This document shows, piece by piece, positions 22,008 to 32,065 of a stretch of 64,000 bases of DNA (within the stretch, counting starts at the first letter, position 1; each line of letters begins with the position of its first letter). The position numbers were made by a program, and so were the translations under genes. Below the pieces are notes generated by a model. The model was not told where the DNA came from. It did not search any database and was given only the letters and a program-made list of their open reading frames with translations. The stretch is from an uncultured bacterium. GTDB lineage: Bacteria > Bacillota_I > Bacilli_A > RFN20 > CAG-826. Where the stretch lies: NCBI GenBank assembly GCA_949285455.1, contig CASDXP010000003.1:308-64307 (forward strand). The letters are read 5' to 3'.

Positions 22008-22037
22008 AATATACCACAAGCAAAAAATAATTGTCAA
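22008..22037 (-). promoter_or_regulatory. Sigma-A promoter of rpmG-secE-nusG (TTGACA-18-TATATT, with extended -10 TG)
   Basis: Consensus -35 and an extended -10 on the minus strand. Confidence 0.65.
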
Positions 22038-22091
22038 TTTATAAATTGAAAATAGATGCTTTTAATTGGATTAATTCAGAAGAAAATACAC

Positions 22092-22700
22092 CTAAGCAAT
22101 TTGAGCAATATCTTCTAATTTTTTATAACGTTCCTTCAACTTTTTTATGATGCTTCTAACTTTCTTTGCACTCATCTTTAAAGCTTCTGCAATTTCGACG
22201 CTTCGATAACCATCTAAATAATACATTAGTATCTCTTTTTCTAAACGAGAAAAGATGCCTTTTTCATTTAAAGTTAAGTTTAAAAAGTTCACGCTATTGA
22301 AGTGATCTTTAAAATCATCATCGACGTAGATTAAATCGTGAAAAGTTTTACTTTCATATTCATCAAATATCTTTTGATCTAGCGAGAGCATGACGTAATT
22401 ATGTTCGACGCTTTTCGAACTCTTCTTCGCTCTTAAAATGTTGAAAAAATGGCTTCTTAATACTTTGATAAAATAAGGATAAAGATAACCACTATGGAAG
22501 TCAAAACGCGATATAGAAACGAAGAACGCTTGTCTTAAAGTCGACGCTAATTCATCGCTTGAAACTAAATTATTTAAATCATTAAAATTTTGTCTTAAAT
22601 AGCTATAACCATATGCAATGTAACGTAAGTAAAGCACATTAAAAGCATCTTGTCTGTTCTTCCTAGTTAGGAAGAGCAAATATTCATCATTTAGGAACAT
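22092..22700 (-). CDS. Alternative sigma-70 family factor, SigH/ComX-like
   Basis: Region 2-like DAFNVLYLRY...RFD, SLDQKI, and a region 4 HTH (LEKEILMYYLDGYRSVEIAEALKMS). It occupies the conserved sigH position between rlmB and rpmG. Confidence 0.75.
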   Translation of the reverse strand: MFLNDEYLLFLTRKNRQDAFNVLYLRYIAYGYSYLRQNFNDLNNLVSSDELASTLRQAFFVSISRFDFHSGYLYPYFIKVLRSHFFNILRAKKSSKSVEHNYVMLSLDQKIFDEYESKTFHDLIYVDDDFKDHFNSVNFLNLTLNEKGIFSRLEKEILMYYLDGYRSVEIAEALKMSAKKVRSIIKKLKERYKKLEDIAQIA

Positions 22701-22711
22701 AAAACCTCTTT

Positions 22712-23425
22712 CTAATGGGAAAGAAAGTGTGAAATATAAGATAATAAGACGCTTGTCGCACTCGCGACATTAAGACAAGGAAGTGGTCCATTTAACGGGA
22801 TTTTGATGCTAAAATCGGCTTTTCGCATCGTAAGATGTGCAATGCCCTTACCTTCGTTTCCAACAATTAAGGCAACTTTATTTGGATAATCAATTTCATA
22901 CATTGATGTCGCCCCGTGATCGCTAGAAGCGAAAACCCAAAAACCATCTTCTTTTAATATATCGATTGTTTGATTAATATTTTTCACTTGGCAAATTTTT
23001 AAATGTTCCATCGCCCCTGCACTCACTTTGTAGACGACGTTAGTAATCGGAGCTTGTCTATCCGCTCTTAAGATGATCGATCTAACATTAAAAGCCGCCG
23101 CACTACGAAAAATCGCACCGAGATTATAAGGGTCTAAAATACCATCTAAGATAAGGACGATCGATGTCGATTCATCCTTAAGTTCATCACGCAATTTGGT
23201 AAGAGGATAAAAATTATATTCTTTTAATTTGATGACGATACCTTGATGGACGTGATTTTCACTTAAACTATCTAATATTTTATCTTCTACTACTTGATAT
23301 TTTAGATGACCAAGTTTACTTTCATATAATTTAAGAACGCGTTGGTTAAGAAAAACTTCGAGAATTTGACTCTCGTTACGCAAAGCTTCTTCACAAGCTT
23401 TTTTCCCATAGATATATATTGACAT
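22712..23425 (-). CDS. rlmB: 23S rRNA Gm2251 2'-O-methyltransferase (SPOUT/TrmH family)
   Basis: HQGIV, LDGILDPYNLGAIFRSA, GNEGKG, LNVASA. Confidence 0.9.
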   Translation of the reverse strand: MSIYIYGKKACEEALRNESQILEVFLNQRVLKLYESKLGHLKYQVVEDKILDSLSENHVHQGIVIKLKEYNFYPLTKLRDELKDESTSIVLILDGILDPYNLGAIFRSAAAFNVRSIILRADRQAPITNVVYKVSAGAMEHLKICQVKNINQTIDILKEDGFWVFASSDHGATSMYEIDYPNKVALIVGNEGKGIAHLTMRKADFSIKIPLNGPLPCLNVASATSVLLSYISHFLSH

Positions 23426-23456
23426 AAAATCAAGTCCTTTTGGTCTCAAATTTTAT

Positions 23457-24218
23457 TTAAATTAAGCCGGTAGAAATATGCAATTCAAGAGGTTTGATAG
23501 CTTGTCTTAATTCGTCGACGAAAGCCGTCATCGAAGCTTTAGAAACTTTTGAACAACGAATGTTCACTCTTAAAGCTTCTTGTCCATCGATTTGTACGAT
23601 TTGTGAATCGACATCGCGAATGTTCACACCAAACCTTGAACCGATGGAAATAAGTTCTTTAATGAAAGGTGTACCAGCATTCACCACTAGGGTGATAATA
23701 GGATTTTTTCTTGCAGCGAATCTTTCAAATTTACGTAACATCGTCAATATACTTAAAGCGATGATCGTCGCTAAAGTGGCGATAACTAAATTTCCACTAC
23801 CGCAAGCAAGACCGACAGCCATCGAAAGCCATAGAGTCGTCGCAGTCGTTAAACCTTTCACACTAATACCAGTTTGAATGATCGTTCCAGCCCCTAAGAA
23901 ACCGATGCCAGCAATTACTTGAGCAGCAAGCCTTGCGGGATCCCTATTAGCGAAAGCTTCATTTCCAGGCATGACATTGAAGCCATAGATAGAAATGATC
24001 ATGATGATACATGAACCAAGGGAAACGAGAATATGCGTTCTTAAGCCTGCTGCGTGGCCGTTATATTCTCTTTCGAATCCGATGAGGCCTGAAAGAATAA
24101 TTGTCATCAAGATACAAAGAAAACATAAGACTAAATTTCCGATCCAAGGATCCGCACCAGTATTAAAACTGCTATTGAACCATTGGACGATAATGTTATC
24201 AACTGTATCAATGCTCAT
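23457..24218 (-). CDS. MgtC/SapB family membrane protein
   Basis: IGFERE, AGLRTHILV, DPARLAAQVIAGIGFLGAG, GLTTATTLW, and a C-terminal ACT-like domain. Confidence 0.92.
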   Translation of the reverse strand: MSIDTVDNIIVQWFNSSFNTGADPWIGNLVLCFLCILMTIILSGLIGFEREYNGHAAGLRTHILVSLGSCIIMIISIYGFNVMPGNEAFANRDPARLAAQVIAGIGFLGAGTIIQTGISVKGLTTATTLWLSMAVGLACGSGNLVIATLATIIALSILTMLRKFERFAARKNPIITLVVNAGTPFIKELISIGSRFGVNIRDVDSQIVQIDGQEALRVNIRCSKVSKASMTAFVDELRQAIKPLELHISTGLI

Positions 24219-24233
24219 AATTTTAACCTCTTA

Positions 24234-25583
24234 TCAATAAAGGCCTCTTTTTAAAAGTTCAGCCCTCAAAGCATCGCTCTTAGCAAAATCTTTATTCTTT
24301 TTTGCCGTTATATAACTATTATATAGTAATTTATCTTCGTTGGAAACATTAGGTGCCTTCATAGCGTAACCTAAGATATCTAACATCGTCTTAAATTTAG
24401 CATAATAATTTTTTAAAGTAGCGATATCATCCATTCCTCTATGTAGATAAGTATTAATTTCTTTCGTCAAATCGAAGATAGCTTTATAAGCATTCGGTGT
24501 ATTTAAATCATCTTTTAAAGCATCGACAAAAGAGACGATATCTTCACTTTTTTGATAACTCAAATCATCATCTAAAAATGACAATCTTAAAGACAATGCA
24601 TGATAAGTATTATCGATCTTTTCAAAATTGTTTTTAGCGTTCATTAAATTAGTGTCGTTAAAACTAATTGGAGCTCTATAAGAACTAGAAAGAATAAACG
24701 TTCTTAAAACGTTTGGTTCATATTGTTTTAAAGCATCAGAAATAGTGATGACATTGCCTAAAGATTTGGACATCTTTTCATCATTACCAAAGGTAATAAA
24801 GCCATTATGCATCCAGTAATTAGCAAGATGATGAGAATGCATCGCTAGCGCTTGCGCCATCTCGTTATCGTGATGAGGAAATTTTAAATCGAAACCACCA
24901 CCATGGATATCGATTAAACCATCTTGAGCCTTAAAAATTTCATCGATGAAGACGACGCATTCCGTGTGCCATCCAGGTCGACCTTTGGACCAAGGTGAAG
25001 ACCAATTAAAATTTTCATCAGTCTTCTTCCACAAAGCGAAATCTAAAGGTGACTTTTTCTTCTCGTTAATTTCTATTCTTGCTCCAGCGATCAAATCTTC
25101 TTTTTTCATCTTCGATAGTAGAAGATAATCTTCAATTTTATCGACGGAAAAATAGACGTCGCCATCGCTTACGTAAGCGTAGCCTTTCTCGATCAATTTT
25201 TCGATGTAAGCGATAATATCTTCGATATGTTCGCTCACTTTAGGGGTAAAAGTTGGAGGTAAGATATTCATCTTCTCACGCATCTTTTTAAATTCATCAA
25301 TATAAAAAGAAGAAAGTTTTAAAGGTTCGACGTTCAATTCTTTCGCACGGTTGATAATCTTATCATCCACATCCGTATAATTTGAAACGTAAGTTACTTC
25401 GTTTCCTAAATAAGTCAAAAGACGATAGAGAACATCGAAGACGATAGGTGGTCTTAAATTGCCAATATGTGGTTCGTTATACACTGTTGGACCGCAGACG
25501 TAAAGCGAAACTTTTCCTTCTTTCAAAGGAACAAATTTTTCTTTTTCATTGGAGATGGAATTATATAAATAAATATCTTTCAT
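24234..25583 (-). CDS. cysS: Cysteine--tRNA ligase
   Basis: YVCGPTVY, HIGN, GRPGWHTEC, FPHHDNE, KMSKS. Confidence 0.98.
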   Translation of the reverse strand: MKDIYLYNSISNEKEKFVPLKEGKVSLYVCGPTVYNEPHIGNLRPPIVFDVLYRLLTYLGNEVTYVSNYTDVDDKIINRAKELNVEPLKLSSFYIDEFKKMREKMNILPPTFTPKVSEHIEDIIAYIEKLIEKGYAYVSDGDVYFSVDKIEDYLLLSKMKKEDLIAGARIEINEKKKSPLDFALWKKTDENFNWSSPWSKGRPGWHTECVVFIDEIFKAQDGLIDIHGGGFDLKFPHHDNEMAQALAMHSHHLANYWMHNGFITFGNDEKMSKSLGNVITISDALKQYEPNVLRTFILSSSYRAPISFNDTNLMNAKNNFEKIDNTYHALSLRLSFLDDDLSYQKSEDIVSFVDALKDDLNTPNAYKAIFDLTKEINTYLHRGMDDIATLKNYYAKFKTMLDILGYAMKAPNVSNEDKLLYNSYITAKKNKDFAKSDALRAELLKRGLY

Positions 25584-25621
25584 AGTATCTATATTTTAGC
25601 GAAATTAGTAATAAATGTAAT

Positions 25622-26314
25622 TTATTTTGCGAGGACGTAAGAATTGATGTAATCGATGACTTGTGGAAGTTTATCCATCTTAGTGATGAAAAAAGTATTA
25701 TCTAAAACATCAAGATTTTGTTTGCTTTCATAACCATACATCACCATACATAAATGCATGTTCACGTTCCTTGCAAACTTATAATCCACGAGCGAATCGC
25801 CGACGTAGAGACATTCTTCTTCTTTTAAAGAATACTTCTCTTTTAAAGGCAAAAAACATAGTGGATCAGGTTTTTTATGTTCTTCACCCGTATAGCCAAC
25901 AAAATCTAAGATGAGCGAATCGCTAAAATACTTAGTCACTGCTCTAGATAAGATTCTCATTGGCTTATTAGAAAGAATGAAACAATTAATGCCTCTTCTT
26001 TTAAGTTCTAATAAAGTATCGATAACGCAAGGATAAGGTTTAGTTAAAGTGTTAGATTTTTCTTCATAAATTCGATAGAAAGTTTTCCTAAATTCTTCTC
26101 TTAATTGTTCGTCTTTTACATCGAGAATTTCTAAAGCTCTATTCACTAGAACATTTTGCCCATTTCCATATAAAAACACGCCATCAGATTTTTTGAACTG
26201 GTGCATTCTTCTTTTAGGAAAGATGCTCTTAGTCGTCAAATTAAGTGCCAAAAGCATATCGTTCATCGTATCAAGAAGTGTTCCATCTAAATCGAAGATG
26301 ACGTGTTTAATCAT
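25622..26314 (-). CDS. HAD-superfamily phosphatase (phosphoglycolate phosphatase-like)
   Basis: FDLDGTLLDT, SNK, KKPDP, YVGDSLVD. Confidence 0.88.
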   Translation of the reverse strand: MIKHVIFDLDGTLLDTMNDMLLALNLTTKSIFPKRRMHQFKKSDGVFLYGNGQNVLVNRALEILDVKDEQLREEFRKTFYRIYEEKSNTLTKPYPCVIDTLLELKRRGINCFILSNKPMRILSRAVTKYFSDSLILDFVGYTGEEHKKPDPLCFLPLKEKYSLKEEECLYVGDSLVDYKFARNVNMHLCMVMYGYESKQNLDVLDNTFFITKMDKLPQVIDYINSYVLAK

Positions 26315-26318
26315 ACTT

Positions 26319-28100
26319 TTATTTTTTCACCTGAGGATATTTTTCGCGGTGAGACTCATAATGCGTATGTAGTAGTTCATGCGCAAGATGAGAACAAGGC
26401 TCACCAAGATAATCTTCGTAAAGACGTTTAATATCAGGATTATTGTGCGATTGTCTCAAAACTTTTCTTTCATCTTCGCTATAGAGGACGGAAGCACGTT
26501 TTTGCATGTAGGTATCTAAAATATTTTCCTCTTCATTTGGAAGAAGATTTGGATGGACGTAAGGTTGACCACCACCATTGATACAACCACCAGGACAACC
26601 CATAATTTCGATGAAGTGATATGGAGACTTACCATCTTTCACATCTTCTAGTAATGGTTTTGCATTCTTCATACCTGAAACAGCAGCAATCTTAATAACT
26701 TTACCATCGATATCAATACTAGCTTCCTTGAATAAAGCAACATTTCTTACTTCCTTAAATTCAATAGCCGGGTATTCTTTTCCAGTGAGAGCAAAATAAG
26801 CAGTTCTAAGCGCTGCTTCCATGACGCCACCAGTGACGCCAAAGATGACACCTGCGCCAGTATATTCGCCAAGTAAATCATCATCAAATTGTTCTTCAGG
26901 TAAATAGTTCCAATCGATACCAGCACGTTTGATCATCTTAGCAAGTTCTCTCGTCGTAATGACTGCATCTACATCTTTTAAACCATCTACTGCACGATTA
27001 GCAGGACGATCTTTTTCATACTTTTTAGCGACGCAAGGCATGACGCTTACGACGAAGATATCTTTCGGATCTAATGCATGCTTTTTCGCATAATAAGATT
27101 TGATGATAGCGCCAACCATTTCATGAGGAGATTTACATGAAGAAACGTGAGGAATAACTTCAGGATAATAATATTCTAAATAATTAATCCAACCAGGAGA
27201 ACAAGAAGTAATTTGTGGTAAAACGCCACCATTTTTAATTCTTCCTAATAACTCATAGGCTTCTTCCATAATTGTTAAATCCGCCCCAAAGTTCGTATCG
27301 AAGACACGATAGAAGCCTAAACGATGAAGCGCTGCAACCATCTTACCAGTGCCAACAGTGCCAATCTTAGCTCCAAATTCTTCAGCGATAGCGGCTCTTA
27401 CCGCCGGGGCGGTTTGAACGATAACTTTCTTACCTTCCTTAAATGCTTTATCGATGAGATGAATTTCACTATTTTCCATCAAAGCACCTGTCGGGCAAAC
27501 GTTCACGCATTGGCCGCATTGGATACAAGGCGAAGTAGCAAAACTTCTATTACCGCTCGGAGCGACGATCGTATTGAAACCACGATTTTCAAAACCGAGG
27601 ATACCAATACCTTGCGCGTCTTTACATCTTTCAATACATCTTCCACATAAAATACATTTGGATGTATCTCTCACTAATGAAGGCGCAAGATTATCAAATG
27701 TTGTCGGAGTCTTTTCTCCTTGATACATCCCTTCTCTTGCTCCAACAATTTTAGCCACTTCTAAAAGTTCACAATGACCATTTTTATCACATTGTTGGCA
27801 GTTCATGTTGTGATTAGATAAAAGTAATTCGACGTTCGCCCTTCTTGCTTCCACTGCATCGATATTAGAAATAGAAATTTCCATACCTTCATTCACTGGA
27901 TAGACGCAAGAAGCTAGTAAACCTCTCGCTCCTTTTACTGACACTAAGCAAACTCGGCAACTTGCTTTTGAACATTGTCCTTTATTAAAAGTACATAATG
28001 AAGGAATACGATAGCCGACAGAACGACAAGCTTCTAAAATAGTTAACCCTTCTTCTACTTGATAAGGGCGACCTTCAATTTTAATATTCACTAAAGCCAT
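26319..28100 (-). CDS. hydA: [FeFe]-hydrogenase catalytic subunit of a trimeric (group A3-type) complex
   Basis: H-cluster motifs TSCSPGW, MPCVAKKYE and EIMGCPGGCINGGGQP. N-terminal 2Fe-2S, His-ligated HxxxCxxCxxxxxC and two CxxCxxCxxxC motifs. Confidence 0.93.
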   Translation of the reverse strand: MALVNIKIEGRPYQVEEGLTILEACRSVGYRIPSLCTFNKGQCSKASCRVCLVSVKGARGLLASCVYPVNEGMEISISNIDAVEARRANVELLLSNHNMNCQQCDKNGHCELLEVAKIVGAREGMYQGEKTPTTFDNLAPSLVRDTSKCILCGRCIERCKDAQGIGILGFENRGFNTIVAPSGNRSFATSPCIQCGQCVNVCPTGALMENSEIHLIDKAFKEGKKVIVQTAPAVRAAIAEEFGAKIGTVGTGKMVAALHRLGFYRVFDTNFGADLTIMEEAYELLGRIKNGGVLPQITSCSPGWINYLEYYYPEVIPHVSSCKSPHEMVGAIIKSYYAKKHALDPKDIFVVSVMPCVAKKYEKDRPANRAVDGLKDVDAVITTRELAKMIKRAGIDWNYLPEEQFDDDLLGEYTGAGVIFGVTGGVMEAALRTAYFALTGKEYPAIEFKEVRNVALFKEASIDIDGKVIKIAAVSGMKNAKPLLEDVKDGKSPYHFIEIMGCPGGCINGGGQPYVHPNLLPNEEENILDTYMQKRASVLYSEDERKVLRQSHNNPDIKRLYEDYLGEPCSHLAHELLHTHYESHREKYPQVKK

Positions 28101-28120
28101 AATGACTAATTCCTCCTACC

Positions 28121-29986
28121 TTATTCCTTATTGATAGCTTTGAAACGGCAAGCGCTAAAACACATACCACACTTGATACATTTATTTTGATCGATGACAA
28201 ATGGTTCTTTACCAACCACACCGCTAATAGCGTTAACAGGACAATTTCTTGCACATAAAGAACATTTCTTACATTTTTCCGCATCGATGACATAACGCAT
28301 AAGATGTTTACAAACATGCGCACGACATTTCTTTTCATCGATATGTTCTAAATATTCTTCCATGAAGTTAGATGTAGTAGACAAGATTGGATTCGCCGCC
28401 GTTTGACCTAAACCGCATAACGAACCAGCTTTAATCGTCTTAGAAAGATGCAATAAATCTTCTAAATCTTGTCTCGTACCATTACCTCTAACAATCTTAT
28501 TTAAAATTTCTAAGATACGTTTCGTACCGATACGACAAGGTGAACATTTACCGCATGATTCATCGCAAATAAATTCCATATAGAATTTAGCGACGTCAAC
28601 CATACAGTTATCTTCATCCATGACGATCGCACCGCCAGAACCCATCATCGAACCCTTTGCCACTAAGTTATCAAAATCGATTGGAGTATCTAAATCTTTT
28701 TCAGTTAAGCAACCGCCAGATGGACCACCTGTCTGAATAGCTTTAAATTTCTTGCCATTAGGGATACCGCCACCGATATCATAAATTAATTCTCTTAAGG
28801 TCGTACCCATCGGCACTTCCACTAAGCCAACATTATTAATTTTTCCACCTAAAGCGAACACTTTCGTTCCTTTAGATTTTTCCGTACCATACTTGGTAAA
28901 ATTTTCTAAACCTTCTCTTAAAATGTAAGGAACACAAGCTAAAGTTTCGACGTTATTAATGATCGTAGGTTTACCCCATAGACCGCTAATCGCAGGGAAT
29001 GGGGGACGAGGACGAGGCATACCTCTTTTGCCTTCGATTGAATTAAGCAAGGCTGTTTCTTCACCGCAGACGAACGCCCCTGCCCCTAATCTAATATGGA
29101 CGTGGAATGAAAAATCCGTACCTAAAATATGGTCGCCAATAAGACCTAATTCTTCCGCTTCTTTAATAGCGATTCTTAAACGTTTGACAGCGATTGGATA
29201 TTCCGCACGCACGTAGAAATAACCATTCTTTGCTCCAATTGCGTAACCAGCAATCATCATACCTTCGATGACGTTGAGCGGGTTACCTTCTAAAATGGAA
29301 CGATCCATGAAAGCACCTGGGTCACCTTCGTCGCCATTACAAACGACATATTTTGTCTCATTTTTTTGATCGTAAGCAAATTGCCATTTACGGCCGGTAG
29401 GAAAACCTGCCCCACCACGACCTCTTAAACCACTCTTTAAAATTAAGTCGATAACTTCTTGTGGTTTCATAGATAATGCTTTTTCTAAGCCTTGGAATGC
29501 CCCATAGCCTAAAGCTTCATCGATGTTTTCAGGATTGATATGACCACAGCCATGAAGCGCTAAACGCACTTGCTTTTTATAGAAGTTAATATCATCTTGT
29601 CTTTGCACTTTTTGATGCGTCGCTGGATCTTCGTAAAATAATTCAGTGACGACGTGACCATTAAGTAAATCTTCTTCGACGATCTTTTTTACATCTTCGA
29701 CTTTCACTGCGTGATATAAAGTATCTTCTGGGAAAATTTTGACGAATGGCCCTTGTGAACAAAAGCCGAAGCAACCGACGTGATTAACGGTTACTTTATC
29801 TTCTAAATTGTATTCTTCGATCAATTTCTTAAATTCATCAAGAATTTCTTCCGAATGCGAAGCCATACATCCTGTCCCACCGCAGACGACGACAGCCCGC
29901 TTCCCATCTAAGCCTTCGACTTTATTTTTTAGACATTGTGAGCAATGAGCGATTTTCTCATTTAAAGATTTCGTTGAGTCGATCAT
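28121..29986 (-). CDS. hydB: NuoF-like FMN/NAD-binding hydrogenase subunit
   Basis: GLRGRGGAGFPTG, NGDEGDPGAFMDR, GAGAFVCGEETAL, ESCGKCSPCRIG and a C-terminal 2x[4Fe-4S] domain. Confidence 0.92.
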   Translation of the reverse strand: MIDSTKSLNEKIAHCSQCLKNKVEGLDGKRAVVVCGGTGCMASHSEEILDEFKKLIEEYNLEDKVTVNHVGCFGFCSQGPFVKIFPEDTLYHAVKVEDVKKIVEEDLLNGHVVTELFYEDPATHQKVQRQDDINFYKKQVRLALHGCGHINPENIDEALGYGAFQGLEKALSMKPQEVIDLILKSGLRGRGGAGFPTGRKWQFAYDQKNETKYVVCNGDEGDPGAFMDRSILEGNPLNVIEGMMIAGYAIGAKNGYFYVRAEYPIAVKRLRIAIKEAEELGLIGDHILGTDFSFHVHIRLGAGAFVCGEETALLNSIEGKRGMPRPRPPFPAISGLWGKPTIINNVETLACVPYILREGLENFTKYGTEKSKGTKVFALGGKINNVGLVEVPMGTTLRELIYDIGGGIPNGKKFKAIQTGGPSGGCLTEKDLDTPIDFDNLVAKGSMMGSGGAIVMDEDNCMVDVAKFYMEFICDESCGKCSPCRIGTKRILEILNKIVRGNGTRQDLEDLLHLSKTIKAGSLCGLGQTAANPILSTTSNFMEEYLEHIDEKKCRAHVCKHLMRYVIDAEKCKKCSLCARNCPVNAISGVVGKEPFVIDQNKCIKCGMCFSACRFKAINKE

Positions 29987-30474
29987 AAATTTTCTCCTTC
30001 TAATTTACGATATTCTTCGATAATGTGAGGTACTTGATCCACTGTAACTTTAGGATAAACTTTTCCGTTGACGTTCACTGCTGGTGCAATACCGCATGCA
30101 CCGATACAACGTAAAGCATCAAGTGAGAATAAACCATCATCAGAAGTTCCGCCTGGTTTCGTATTTAAAAGTTCAGCAAACTTATCTATCACTTGTTGTG
30201 AACCCTTGACGTAACAGGCTGTACCAAGACAGACACCAATGACATATTTTCCTTTTGGTTTTAATGAGAAAAAAGCATAGAAAGTTACCACACCGTAAAC
30301 ATCAGAAACTGGGATATCTAATTCGGATGCAATAATTTCTTGCACTTCAAGTGGTACGTAACCAAATTCATTTTGTACTTCACTTAAAATCATAATTAAT
30401 GGGGTCGGTTCATTTTTGTATTCCGCACATATTTCCAAAATGCGTTTTTTCGCCCCGGCTGATAAAGAAGCCAT
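29983..30474 (-). CDS. hydC: NuoE-like [2Fe-2S] hydrogenase subunit
   Basis: GVVTFY, VCLGTACYVKG, RCIGACGIAP. Start MASLS follows an AGGAGG SD. Confidence 0.92.
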   Translation of the reverse strand: MASLSAGAKKRILEICAEYKNEPTPLIMILSEVQNEFGYVPLEVQEIIASELDIPVSDVYGVVTFYAFFSLKPKGKYVIGVCLGTACYVKGSQQVIDKFAELLNTKPGGTSDDGLFSLDALRCIGACGIAPAVNVNGKVYPKVTVDQVPHIIEEYRKLEGENL

Positions 30475-30573
30475 GCACTTATTTCCTCCTAGAAACAAAT
30501 TAGTTCTTAAACAAAAGTATTATAAAGTATTTATAAATGATTTACTAATAGAAAAATTTATTAAATATTAAGG

Positions 30574-31797
30574 TCAATCTAACTTCAAATATTCGAAAAT
30601 TTCTTTAACGACTTCTTCCACTGTCGAAAGTGCGCTTACTAAAGTCTTATCAGGAGAAGAAATATCCCCTGCATAAAAAACATTAGGCATTTTTTTACCT
30701 TTGATAATACCTTCTACAATTTCAAAGAAATTTTTTAAATAACTATCATCGATAAGAACGCCAATAGCTAAAACATATAAACTCGCTGGAATAGTTTCTT
30801 CTTCTTCACCATAATAATTTTTAAAAACCATATTTCCTACTTCATCAAATCTTAAAGGTGTACGATTAAAGATAAAATCATCTACAGCTTTAAAACCCAT
30901 TTCTAAAGATTCTTTATTCGCTCTTAACCTTTCTTTTTCTCTTCGATACACTCCTACGACTTCTTTAGCGATACTTTTTGCAGAAGCGAGGCAATCCATC
31001 GCTGTATCGCTTCCCCCGATGACCACGATCTTATCGTAAGTATCGACATCTAATTCATGTCGACACATCTTTAAGAAATCATGCGCTAAAACGACTTTAG
31101 GGTGATTTTTCATGAAGTTGTAAGTTCTTGCTTTATCTAAACCAGTTGTAAAAATGGTCGCATAGTATTTATCTTTAATATCTTCATAAGTAACATCTTT
31201 TCCAAACGTCGTATTTAGTTTCACTTCTATTCGTTCATTCAATAATGGATTCAAATCATGTTCGATGACACTAGAAGGTAATCTAAAAGCAGGAATTTGC
31301 TGTCTTAAAGCTCCTCCTAAATATAAGCTTTTCTCTAAAATAGTGGATTTTAACCCGCGTTTTGCAAGTTTATGAGCCATCACTAAGCCCACTGGACCAC
31401 CGCCGATAATCAAAGCGTGTTTATTATTTAATGGTTGAAATTCTTCTTCGTCTCTTCTATTTAATGAAGCAAGATATCGATGAATTTCTCTTACTTTAAC
31501 AACGCGATCAATCCTACCTCTTAAACAATTTTTCTCACAATATTTTTCACTTGGACATATGTGGCCGCATATATAACTTAAAAGATTTTTCTCGTAGACA
31601 AATTTTGCTGCTTCTTCAATATTTCCACTATTAAGTAGAGCAATGAAACGATGTGGTTCACATTGCATTGGACACATCAAGGAACAACGCGGAGCTTTAC
31701 AATTGAGACATCTTTTTGCCTCCGCTTGAATTTGAGTTAAATCCAATAATTCTTCTTGATAATTATCTTCGATCAAAGGATTATTTTTCTTAGCCAT
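30574..31797 (-). CDS. PreT/GltD/NfnB-like Fe-S flavoprotein oxidoreductase
   Basis: EAKRCLNCKAPRCSLMCP, CGHICPSEKYCEKNC, FAD motif IIGGGPVG, IGGSDTAMDC, FYAGD. Confidence 0.8.
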   Translation of the reverse strand: MAKKNNPLIEDNYQEELLDLTQIQAEAKRCLNCKAPRCSLMCPMQCEPHRFIALLNSGNIEEAAKFVYEKNLLSYICGHICPSEKYCEKNCLRGRIDRVVKVREIHRYLASLNRRDEEEFQPLNNKHALIIGGGPVGLVMAHKLAKRGLKSTILEKSLYLGGALRQQIPAFRLPSSVIEHDLNPLLNERIEVKLNTTFGKDVTYEDIKDKYYATIFTTGLDKARTYNFMKNHPKVVLAHDFLKMCRHELDVDTYDKIVVIGGSDTAMDCLASAKSIAKEVVGVYRREKERLRANKESLEMGFKAVDDFIFNRTPLRFDEVGNMVFKNYYGEEEETIPASLYVLAIGVLIDDSYLKNFFEIVEGIIKGKKMPNVFYAGDISSPDKTLVSALSTVEEVVKEIFEYLKLD

Positions 31798-32014
31798 GAC
31801 TTAATTATGCAATAGATTATAATAAAAGACACTAATTTTATTTATCATAGAAAATTGTAGAAGTAAGCTATCAGTTTTAATCTGGGCACGATTAAAGATA
31901 TGTATGAAATAAAATAAAGATTATCGCTTGATAATATAAAATTCTTCTTTAAGTATAAGAATAAAATGCTGGTAAGAAGATAAATATAATAGGCAATAAT
32001 ATTAATGTTCATAC

Positions 32015-32039
32015 AAAAAAGCACCTCGGAGGTGCTTTT
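32015..32039. terminator. Bidirectional intrinsic terminator after preA
   Basis: AAAAAAGCACCTC-g-GAGGTGCTTTT palindrome with A and T tails. Confidence 0.8.
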
Positions 32040-32065
32040 AACTCAAAGTTAATAATTGATAAATA

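Noticed and set aside
28121-30474. NuoE/NuoF as part of respiratory complex I
   Set aside because: They are adjacent to an H-cluster subunit and no membrane nuo genes are present, so they are hydrogenase subunits.
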